Below, piece by piece: positions 8,184-15,339 of a stretch of DNA of 64,000 bases (position 1 is the stretch's first letter; every line of letters begins with the position of its first letter). Made by a program: the position numbers and the translations under genes. The stretch comes from a virus. The stretch spans positions 4,022 to 68,021 of IMG/VR virus record IMGVR_UViG_3300010396_000048; one strand, 5' to 3'. A model generated the notes under the pieces. That model was given only the letters and a program-made list of their open reading frames with translations. It ran no database searches and was not told where the DNA came from.

Positions 8184-9028
8184 GCCGCGTGCTCCTGCTG
8201 CGAACACTCTCGGCAAACGAGCTTTTGCCGATCGTGAACGCTCGGAACCATGTCCAGCTCGCGCTTGAACGAATCACAACGACGGCACCGGGAGTACATC
8301 GTCGTTTGGGCGCCCGAGGGTTTGTCGGTCGGTTTCACCGGCTGCGGCAACGCCATACGCCCAAGTTGATCTTGCACGATCTGCAAGGTGCGCGGCGGGG
8401 TTCCCATGCGCTTCTCGGCGGCGCGATAGGCTGCGATGCATTGGTCAGCCGTGACGCCATTGGTCGCCAAGTCGAGAGCGACGCGAGAGTTGCGCCGGCC
8501 CCACTCGGTCTTGGTGATCGTTCGGGAGAATGGGGTGCGTCCGATGAGGTCCCACACGGCAGCGAGGATCGCTCGACGAGCGTCCTGGACCTGAGCGTCC
8601 AGCGGCAGCTTCAGCGGTCGGTGGGAGGGGGGTGGATTTCCCTGGGTGCTGGCCTGCGATTTTTTCGCAGGCAGAGCCGAAGGCTCTGCTAATAAACTAG
8701 GAATTACCTTATCGCGCGTGAGTCCGTTGGCGGTGCCGTTTAGGTGCCGATCCGGTGCCGATTCACATCCTTGCGGCACCTGATTTTCCTCATAGCCGCC
8801 CTCGTGCTGCGGCACCTGTATATCGGTGCCGACTTCAGGTGCCGCGAGCGGTGCCGATGACCGAGCGGCCGCAGCTGCGATGAACGGCTTGAGCCAATCG
8901 CTCGAGTCCTTGTTGGTGAACTTGTAGCCAAGCGAGCGAGCAGCGAGGCGAACTTTGTGAATGTTCCCCGAGCCTGTTGCCCTTTCGATCGCCAGATAGA
9001 GTTCGATCACAATCTTCTCTGCGCTCAC
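8180..9028 (-). CDS. Putative replication initiator (lambda O-like position)
   Basis: N-terminal helical domain, low-complexity linker encoded by an iteron-like cluster, helical C-domain plus C..C/C..C tail; start uncertain (GTG 9028). Confidence 0.55.
   Translation of the reverse strand: MSAEKIVIELYLAIERATGSGNIHKVRLAARSLGYKFTNKDSSDWLKPFIAAAAARSSAPLAAPEVGTDIQVPQHEGGYEENQVPQGCESAPDRHLNGTANGLTRDKVIPSLLAEPSALPAKKSQASTQGNPPPSHRPLKLPLDAQVQDARRAILAAVWDLIGRTPFSRTITKTEWGRRNSRVALDLATNGVTADQCIAAYRAAEKRMGTPPRTLQIVQDQLGRMALPQPVKPTDKPSGAQTTMYSRCRRCDSFKRELDMVPSVHDRQKLVCRECSQQEHAA
8732..8856. repeat. Iteron-like cluster, 8 copies of GGTGCCG (candidate replication origin)
   Basis: Direct copies at 8732, 8743, 8754, 8825, 8838, 8850; inverted copies at 8774, 8810; AT-rich patch at 8690-8713. 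Confidence 0.75.
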
Positions 9029-9053
9029 GAAACAATCCGGAATGGGAGTGCTA

Positions 9054-9368
9054 TCATGCGCCGTATCCTTGCGGTGCCCGGACCTGGGTCTGCAGCATCG
9101 ACGCCTGCTTGGAACGAGTCCGCACGGCAACCTCGACCTTCTTCAGATTGCGCTTGGCATCGATGACCCGGGCTTTATGCTCGCGCGACGGCTCGCGCGT
9201 AAATATCATCTCGGCATCCGCCAGGACATCGATCGCTAGCATCTGCACCCCGGCAAGTCGTCCCGTTTCGCCAATCAGATCGTCAAGCAATTGGCACTTG
9301 ACACCGTAGGCGAGCGTACGAAGCTCGGCGTTCGAGTAGCGGTCGATGTCCAAAGCAGATACGTCCAT
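9054..9368 (-). CDS. Hypothetical coiled-coil protein
   Basis: 104-aa ORF, start overlaps the upstream stop. Confidence 0.7.
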   Translation of the reverse strand: MDVSALDIDRYSNAELRTLAYGVKCQLLDDLIGETGRLAGVQMLAIDVLADAEMIFTREPSREHKARVIDAKRNLKKVEVAVRTRSKQASMLQTQVRAPQGYGA

Positions 9369-10237
9369 TAGAACGGGATGTCGTCGTCTTCGTCGTCGAA
9401 GGTTTCGGCCGGCGGCGGAGGCGCTGCGGCGGCCTGAACATCGCGCAGACGAACTTCGCCAATGCGAACCTCGTCCGGCTTACCTTCCTTGCCCACGACC
9501 GTTAGCCAAATGGGAATCGGAACGATCGCTTCGCCGGCGGGGCCTTGGCGCGTCGGCAGACTGTCGTACCAGGCTTTGATGTCCTCGGGGTCTTGCAGAC
9601 CCGAGATCGCACTGAGACGCACCCACATCGTCGACGCCTTGGCCACCTTGCCGTTTGGGAGTTGCTTCGGAGCGGCCAAAGACCGCGTCACCCACTCCTC
9701 TTGCACAGTGTTTTTTCCGGTGGCGTAACGCAGCGCGACTTTTTCTTGATGCTTCTTTCCCGTGCCGGCGCACGCGCGGCAGTCCTCGCCGTTCTTTATG
9801 CGTGAACCGCTGCAAATGCCGCAGGGGAACTGTGATTCTTCCTTGGAAATCTCGGGTCCGATCCCGAGGAAATAGGACTTGTGATCGCCGCGCGCGACCG
9901 TAATGACGGTTCGCTTGAAATCGGTGTTTCGTTCGCGCGGGATGGCTCCATCGAGAATGCTCATGGTGTGTTTGGGTTCCTTTTCAAGATTGCCGATGCA
10001 CCATTGGTTGACTGCGATCGCGTGGCGACAGATGTTGCCGTATTGAGACGCGACGCAGCTGCACCGGACTTCGTAGGTGTTTCTATCGACGGTAACGTCG
10101 TAGACCCCAGAACGGCCTGGAACGTGGAACGCAAGCTCGTGGCGCGTGTCCTTATCGACGTTCCGGTAGACCGTGAGTGTGAGCGCGCTGATCCGTGGGA
10201 TCCGCTGCAGGCTCTGAGAGAGGTGCCGAAAATGCAT
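9368..10237 (-). CDS. SWIM zinc finger + CxxCxGxG finger + SSB-like acidic tail protein
   Basis: YDVTV...CSC......CRH (SWIM); CGICSGS/CRACAGTG; C-terminus DDEDDDIPF; probable internal start at 9964. Confidence 0.7.
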   Translation of the reverse strand: MHFRHLSQSLQRIPRISALTLTVYRNVDKDTRHELAFHVPGRSGVYDVTVDRNTYEVRCSCVASQYGNICRHAIAVNQWCIGNLEKEPKHTMSILDGAIPRERNTDFKRTVITVARGDHKSYFLGIGPEISKEESQFPCGICSGSRIKNGEDCRACAGTGKKHQEKVALRYATGKNTVQEEWVTRSLAAPKQLPNGKVAKASTMWVRLSAISGLQDPEDIKAWYDSLPTRQGPAGEAIVPIPIWLTVVGKEGKPDEVRIGEVRLRDVQAAAAPPPPAETFDDEDDDIPF

Positions 10238-10245
10238 GGCATGGG

Positions 10246-10734
10246 TTAGGCCACGGCCGACAGCGCGGGAGGCTTCGGCGCGATAATGCCGGCGATCACG
10301 TCGAGCAACTCACGCTGCGACGTTACGAGATGGTCGGCCATCTTCCACATCAACTCCGGCTCGAATACCCGCCGGCCGTGGTCACCAATGTAGACGATCG
10401 TCGTCTTTCCCGCACCGACCGCATAGCCAAGTTCGAGATTCGCGCTGATACCGGCTGGCATCAAGAGCAGACAGACATCGCACTCGCGAAGCGCGGTCAT
10501 GTCGTAACTGAAGCCCTGCTCGGCGATCGGATCGGCCAGCGCAATCTTGAGGGATTCACCGTCCCACGGTTTGGCGCGGGCAGCGGTTTGATGCCATGCG
10601 AAGCCGTTGTCGCCGGGGACCGGATTGCGAAAATCGTAAACGCTCTGGTCGAGTTCGCGGAGCAGCTTGACGTAGGCGGGCTGCTCGTCATTGCGCCACG
10701 AGGACGCGACGTACCAACGCAACGTGCGACTCAT
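10246..10734 (-). CDS. Nucleoside 2-deoxyribosyltransferase/N-glycosidase-like protein
   Basis: YVASSWRN...YDFRNP...D..AL.ECD.CLL.MPAG.SA.LELGYA.G.GK. Confidence 0.8.
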   Translation of the reverse strand: MSRTLRWYVASSWRNDEQPAYVKLLRELDQSVYDFRNPVPGDNGFAWHQTAARAKPWDGESLKIALADPIAEQGFSYDMTALRECDVCLLLMPAGISANLELGYAVGAGKTTIVYIGDHGRRVFEPELMWKMADHLVTSQRELLDVIAGIIAPKPPALSAVA

Positions 10735-10937
10735 GCGCGCAGCCACCGATAGACCCCATAGCAAACACCAACTACTGCGAGAATGATCAATCCGAGAAGG
10801 ACGGATAACGCGATGCCGGTGTAAATATCACCGTCGGCGAAATTATCACGAATGAAGCCCAGCATGGCGGGCAGGGTGACGAGAACCCCGATCGTCATGG
10901 CAGCGGCAGCGCCTATTGCCAACAGTTGATCGCTCAT
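10731..10937 (-). CDS. Small membrane protein (2 TM)
   Basis: Two hydrophobic segments; coupled overlaps. Confidence 0.7.
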   Translation of the reverse strand: MSDQLLAIGAAAAMTIGVLVTLPAMLGFIRDNFADGDIYTGIALSVLLGLIILAVVGVCYGVYRWLRA

Positions 10938-11080
10938 CGAACCATCATCCTGTAGAACGGCTCAACCAGCCGGTAAAGGGGTACAAACAAGGCGTTCCAC
11001 TCCCACTCGAACAGCAGTGACGATAGGTACATGTCGAGCGTCAAGCCAACGGCTAAGAGACGTAGCTTGCGGTGCGTCAT
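10934..11080 (-). CDS. Small hydrophobic protein (48 aa)
   Basis: Manual translation MTHRKLRLLAVGLTLDMYLSSLLFEWEWNALFVPLYRLVEPFYRMMVR; ATGA overlaps at both ends. Confidence 0.55.
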   Translation of the reverse strand: MTHRKLRLLAVGLTLDMYLSSLLFEWEWNALFVPLYRLVEPFYRMMVR

Positions 11081-11340
11081 CGTTCGGGGTCCTCGACCTT
11101 CGAGCACACGACGTCAGGATTCGTGCGAACGTGCTTGTGATAGACCGTCCCGATCGACGCACCCGGCGCCATCATCATCTCGTACGCCGCTTTCAGGTCG
11201 GCCGTGGGGCCGTTCTCGCGGTACTCGTAAACGGTAAGCTCGCTGCCGGAAGAACGCACGAACTCAACGTGCATGATGCGGAGTTCCTCGTCGAAGCCGA
11301 CGGAAGCGAGCGACGTCGACGCGACCTTCACGCGGTTCAT
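11077..11340 (-). CDS. KTSC domain protein
   Basis: MNRVKVAST.LASVGFD....IMHVEF....VYEY....Y..MM.AP.ASIG.VY...VR. Confidence 0.85.
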   Translation of the reverse strand: MNRVKVASTSLASVGFDEELRIMHVEFVRSSGSELTVYEYRENGPTADLKAAYEMMMAPGASIGTVYHKHVRTNPDVVCSKVEDPER

Positions 11341-11900
11341 TTGGCCACCGACTTGCTCGGCTTCCACACCAGCTTCGTACCGAGTGATTCGCGCGTCTGA
11401 ATAGCTTTCAGCGCCGCACCTAAGCCCGGCGTATCGCCGTACTTCTTCACCAATGCCGTGATCGAGACGCGCGCGCCCAACTGATCGTGGGCAGGCTTGA
11501 CGATCGTCTCCTCGGGAATGTGCTTAATGATTTTGGCGGCTTCTTCGTCCTTGCCGGCGGCGCGTAAAAGCTCCGCGGCCGTACGAGCAGCGTCGAGGTT
11601 GTCCATGTACGCCGTGAACTGCTCCTCCAACGCCACCCGCTCCATTCCGGGCACGGCAAGCTCCGTCGCGTTGTTCTCGCGCATCCGGCGCTCGATCTCG
11701 GCTTTGCCGGCGTCTTCGATCGCCCGGAAGAAGTCCATCAAGCGATGGCGTTCCTCGGCTGCGGCGTTGACGTACAGAACGATGGCGTCGTTCGTCATCT
11801 CGCGCCATGCGATTTCCTTATTGCGCGGCAGGTCGATCAGTTGCGGCGGCTCCTCCGTAACGCGGAACTCGCCTTCGTGAACCTCTAGTTGTGCTGACAT
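11337..11900 (-). CDS. Phage hypothetical protein (recombination region)
   Basis: GGAGG RBS before ATG 11900; helical/coiled protein. Confidence 0.75.
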   Translation of the reverse strand: MSAQLEVHEGEFRVTEEPPQLIDLPRNKEIAWREMTNDAIVLYVNAAAEERHRLMDFFRAIEDAGKAEIERRMRENNATELAVPGMERVALEEQFTAYMDNLDAARTAAELLRAAGKDEEAAKIIKHIPEETIVKPAHDQLGARVSITALVKKYGDTPGLGAALKAIQTRESLGTKLVWKPSKSVAK

Positions 11901-12157
11901 GGGACACCTCCGCAAGTAAGCGCGGCTGCAACCTCAGTCGATACGCGGTCGGCAACGGTGTGGAGGCCGTAGGCCAAGCCACACAAGAGCGAAAGCAGAA
12001 TCAAAAGGTGCACCGCGAATGGATGAATAGATAGGTAGGCGCGCCCCATCGAAGGGGAAACGGCAGGACGCGCACAGCATGGACAGAGCGGCTCGTTCGA
12101 GCCTGGCAAAAATGAAATCCCGCACGCTAGACAAGTAACGAGATTGCGAGCGCTCAT
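11885..12157 (-). CDS. Zn-ribbon + TM small protein
   Basis: CLACG...CPCC followed by a hydrophobic helix. Confidence 0.6.
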   Translation of the reverse strand: MSARNLVTCLACGISFLPGSNEPLCPCCARPAVSPSMGRAYLSIHPFAVHLLILLSLLCGLAYGLHTVADRVSTEVAAALTCGGVPCQHN

Positions 12158-12510
12158 ACGTCACCTCGCATGGAAAGCCGGTAGGTCGTCACGAACGACG
12201 AACCAATGCCGGAACGAGCGATTCGCTCAGTGCGTTTCGTGGGACGCTGCCCAACCGCAATAAAGTCTTTCGTGTTGAACACGGTTCCGAGAATGCGGTT
12301 GTCGGCGTTAATCTCGTCGGGGAATGGAAAGCCGCGCTCTTTCATGACCTCGCGCAAACGGTCGATCGTGACGGAGCCCTCTTCAAGGCAGATGACTCGT
12401 GCGAACGAACGCAAGCTCGTCAGATAAACGGAATGGTTTTCTGCCATCGCGGCAAGGATGCGATTGCGCTCGCCAACGCCGTGAAAGAACGCGAGTTGCG
12501 TGGCGCTCAC
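12154..12510 (-). CDS. Phage hypothetical protein (possible winged helix)
   Basis: 118-aa ORF with coupled overlaps. Confidence 0.7.
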   Translation of the reverse strand: MSATQLAFFHGVGERNRILAAMAENHSVYLTSLRSFARVICLEEGSVTIDRLREVMKERGFPFPDEINADNRILGTVFNTKDFIAVGQRPTKRTERIARSGIGSSFVTTYRLSMRGDV

Positions 12511-12692
12511 GGCCGGTACGCCTTCGAAAGAAAGTAGGGGTCGGCAACCAACGCCTGCACGGAATCACCGCGTACATGAATGCCAACCTCGCGCGCTTGC
12601 GGACGAGAAGCCACCCAAAGGCGAGCAATGACCCAAGCGTTTGCGCCAATAAATGCGAGCAAGAGAACGCCGAGAATAAGGTGGAGCGCCAT
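12507..12692 (-). CDS. Small membrane protein
   Basis: N-terminal TM helix. Confidence 0.6.
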   Translation of the reverse strand: MALHLILGVLLLAFIGANAWVIARLWVASRPQAREVGIHVRGDSVQALVADPYFLSKAYRP

Positions 12693-12693
12693 G

Positions 12694-13287
12694 TCAGGCC
12701 GCCACGGAGGAGGCCGTACGCATCCGCACGATCTCGTCCCGATTCTCGACCGACCCGATCAGCGCGGCTTCCCAAATCTCTTTGAGCGTTTCTTGTACCG
12801 CAGCGCGCTTGGCCGAGTCGGTCTCTTTCTTCAGCAGTTCCAGCCCACGCTTCAGGTCTTCCGAAGCATGGGAAAGCGTTACCGGGAGAAGGTCATCCTC
12901 GCGCGATGCGCGGACGAGCTTTTCGTTTTCCAGGAACGCGCAATGCGGGCACAGGCCGGACGCGTCGCCTACCGTTTTGCCGCACCGCGGATGAATCACG
13001 CAGTCGGTGCAGGTCGAACAATGCGTCAGGTTCTCCGAGAGAACCGCGACATTGCGCGTTCCTTCGTAGTTTCGGTCGCCGTCGTCAAACTCGATGCCGT
13101 GGCATTTGGCGCAGAGGCGCGCGCTGGCGCCGCGGCCATCGGCGTTGGCAACGTGATCGTCTTCCGGCTCGCCCGTAACTCTGGCTGCCCACTCCGCCTC
13201 GTCGATGATGATGTCGAAGGGGATGTCATCGACCGCGGGCTTGGACGCTTGCGCGGTATAAGGAAGTGCGATATGGTCGTTATGCAT
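12694..13287 (-). CDS. Cys-rich hypothetical protein
   Basis: AAGGAG RBS before ATG 13287; several C..C pairs. Confidence 0.7.
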   Translation of the reverse strand: MHNDHIALPYTAQASKPAVDDIPFDIIIDEAEWAARVTGEPEDDHVANADGRGASARLCAKCHGIEFDDGDRNYEGTRNVAVLSENLTHCSTCTDCVIHPRCGKTVGDASGLCPHCAFLENEKLVRASREDDLLPVTLSHASEDLKRGLELLKKETDSAKRAAVQETLKEIWEAALIGSVENRDEIVRMRTASSVAA

Positions 13288-13300
13288 TGATGGCTCCTTA

Positions 13301-13507
13301 CTAGCCGTTGGTGCTCGCGGCACGATCGTTACGAGCGGTCGTGCCGTTTTTGTAGTTTTGCGCTGCTTCGGCGCGCAGAATCAAATCGACGATCTGCCGC
13401 ACGTTCGCGTCATCAGCGTTGTCGATGTAGATGCGAGCGCGGCCGGGTGCCGCGGTGGTGCCGCGTACCTTCCGCCCACTCGTAGCATCTGTTATGGTCA
13501 GCGACAT
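13301..13507 (-). CDS. Hypothetical protein
   Basis: 68-aa ORF in early operon. Confidence 0.6.
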   Translation of the reverse strand: MSLTITDATSGRKVRGTTAAPGRARIYIDNADDANVRQIVDLILRAEAAQNYKNGTTARNDRAASTNG

Positions 13508-13508
13508 G

Positions 13509-13736
13509 CTAAATCGTCGCTTTCACAAGTCGGACGGCGCCTTGGTGGTCGCGGAACGACTCGTAGGCGATGCCGGCGCGCGCGATGCGCGCCAGGTCAC
13601 TGTAATACGTACGGAGAGAGCGTTTGAAATGCCGCTGGTACGCGGTATAGTTCACTTCATGCTTCAGCAAGAGCTTTGCTGTAAGCCAGACGGCACGAGT
13701 CACTTGGCGCTCGACGGCCGCGGAGGCCAGCTTCAC
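13509..13736 (-). CDS. Small winged-helix-like protein
   Basis: GGAG RBS; F.RSLRTYYSDLA.I..AGI resembles wHTH S.RT..RD. Confidence 0.6.
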   Translation of the reverse strand: MKLASAAVERQVTRAVWLTAKLLLKHEVNYTAYQRHFKRSLRTYYSDLARIARAGIAYESFRDHQGAVRLVKATI

Positions 13737-13863
13737 GCCGCAATCTCCAGCCCAATCAGTCGGGCGAAACCGGGGACGGTCGCGATCAACGTGGCGATGT
13801 GCTTACCGCGAGGCGACCGCAAACCGGTGCGCCCGCCCTGGAAAGGGCCTCGGCAATAGTCAT
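13733..13863 (-). pseudogene. Cro-like gene, apparently frameshifted or internally deleted
   Basis: Leaderless ATG gives MTIAEALSRA; another frame gives RTGLRSPRGKHIATLI...EIAA* coupled to the next gene; 131 bp is not a multiple of 3. Confidence 0.4.
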
Positions 13864-13870
13864 TGGGGCC

Positions 13871-13900
13871 ATTATAGCCTAGTGGCTTACTGTTTGGCAA
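13871..13900 (-). promoter_or_regulatory. Early lytic promoter (PR-like)
   Basis: TTGCCA-N18-TATAAT, ATG 7 nt downstream (leaderless). Confidence 0.75.
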
Positions 13901-13924
13901 TCCCTTTGGCTGAGTTTTTAGCCC

Positions 13925-13936
13925 TAAGATTCAGGC
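13925..13936 (+). promoter_or_regulatory. Repressor promoter -10 (PRM-like, leaderless)
   Basis: TAAGAT-N6-ATG, no RBS, no clear -35. Confidence 0.55.
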
Positions 13937-14422
13937 ATGCCTAGCCGCGACGGAAAGACCGCCGAGAAGGGCGATTTGGAGCAGCAGACCTTCTACGGAA
14001 GGTTGACGATGGCGGCTAGCGAGGCCGGCAAGACCGAGTCCGAAGTCGCCGCCATGCTTGGCTATAAGAACTCCCAGAGCGCCAAGCGGGTGATGATGGG
14101 CGACCGCGGGTCGGTGAAGTTCCCGGCCGGCCTGAAGCTCTGCGAGGAGTTGGGGATCGACCCCTATTGGTTGGCGTTCGGGCGGCCTAGGCGGACCGTT
14201 TCCTCCGGTGCGATCGAAGCCAATCCTCCATCTGAATCACCACCGCGGGACCCGCTGCTGGCGATTCTGGCACACACGTTAGTGCAGATTGCCCAGCAGG
14301 TCGGGCTGAACATCGACACTCTGAAAGAGCACATTCCAGAGGCGTTTGACACCCCTCCGGAAGCTGGTACGCCCTCCGAATCTCCGACGAAATCAAAGCG
14401 CGGAAAGCGGGGAATTGCGTGA
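13937..14422 (+). CDS. XRE-family HTH repressor (CI-like)
   Basis: TFYGRL...GKTESEVAAMLGY......V..G.R.......KLCEELGIDPYWLAFG; divergent from the early operon; no S24 peptidase domain seen. Confidence 0.85.
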   Translation: MPSRDGKTAEKGDLEQQTFYGRLTMAASEAGKTESEVAAMLGYKNSQSAKRVMMGDRGSVKFPAGLKLCEELGIDPYWLAFGRPRRTVSSGAIEANPPSESPPRDPLLAILAHTLVQIAQQVGLNIDTLKEHIPEAFDTPPEAGTPSESPTKSKRGKRGIA

Positions 14423-14593
14423 TTGGGTTCGGGATGCCGTCCGAGGATACCAAACGTTCACCCTCCTTTAGGGCGAGAAGGAAACTTCAAAACGCCAACC
14501 TGGGCGCCTGTAAGCGCCCGCTCGGTTTCGACCATCAGCACTTAGCGTAATGGCGCACCGAACCTCGCACAACAAACAAGCGGGCGTTAACCC

Positions 14594-14611
14594 TGCAATA
14601 CATGTATTGCA
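14594..14611. promoter_or_regulatory. Perfect 18-bp palindrome TGCAATACATGTATTGCA (candidate operator)
   Basis: AT-rich perfect palindrome between the repressor and the next rightward gene. Confidence 0.55.
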
Positions 14612-14687
14612 CACTTTCTTAAGGTTCGCCCAAGCGGCTCTCGCTTGGAAGTTCCACCGTACGCGCCAATGGTGCCATACGCTCGGC

Positions 14688-15143
14688 ATGCTCGTCACGA
14701 CCGCCGGTCTTTTTTCATGCCTGGGCGCCGTCGCTCGAGCCGAAACGTGTCACTTTCCGGTAGCAGCTGCGATCAGCGTTGGCGGATTCGTGCAAGGACG
14801 TACCGCCCAAGATGCGGCCGTCGCCGTTGCGATCGCCGGCGGTCTCGGACCGAACGCGTACCGATACGGAAAGGCAGACGCACCGGTGACGGTGCTCGCG
14901 ATGCTTCCACCGGCCGTGTGGATCCCGCGCTATCACGACGTCATGGCCGCAGCGGTGCACAAACGCTGGCCGAAGATGACGCTGGGCGCATTCTTGGATC
15001 TCGATCAACTCGACCGAAATCCCTGGCTGTCACAAGTAGCAATGGGCAGCAGCACGGAATGGATCGCCGGCGCGAACGTCATCAACGCTCCAAGCCTCGG
15101 CGGCGTTCTAAGCGCCGGCCCAACGACTTGCACCGCTCCCTAG
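14688..15143 (+). CDS. Putative exported lysogeny-associated protein
   Basis: Signal-like N-terminus ...GAVARA-E; start uncertain (ORF open from 14550). Confidence 0.55.
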   Translation: MLVTTAGLFSCLGAVARAETCHFPVAAAISVGGFVQGRTAQDAAVAVAIAGGLGPNAYRYGKADAPVTVLAMLPPAVWIPRYHDVMAAAVHKRWPKMTLGAFLDLDQLDRNPWLSQVAMGSSTEWIAGANVINAPSLGGVLSAGPTTCTAP

Positions 15144-15147
15144 CGTC

Positions 15148-15339
15148 GTGCCGACTGACGAGGAGATACGGACCGCCCAACTCGCTGCAGCAAAAGCGTC
15201 GCTTGAACTGAGCAAAACGCAAGCCGGTTGCATGTCGATGGCTGGCGGCTGCGGCGCCCTGATTCTCCTCCCTATTGGCATCATCGTTATTCTGATCGCC
15301 GTCGCACTCATCGCCGACGGTTTTGGCCTCTGGAAATGA
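15148..15339 (+). CDS. Small single-TM membrane protein
   Basis: Long hydrophobic C-terminus; ATGA-coupled to the integrase. Confidence 0.7.
   Translation: MPTDEEIRTAQLAAAKASLELSKTQAGCMSMAGGCGALILLPIGIIVILIAVALIADGFGLWK

Noticed and set aside
13877-13924. Defined repressor operators in the CI/Cro intergenic region
   Set aside because: Only short AGCC/GGCT inverted matches with inconsistent spacing; not enough to call operators
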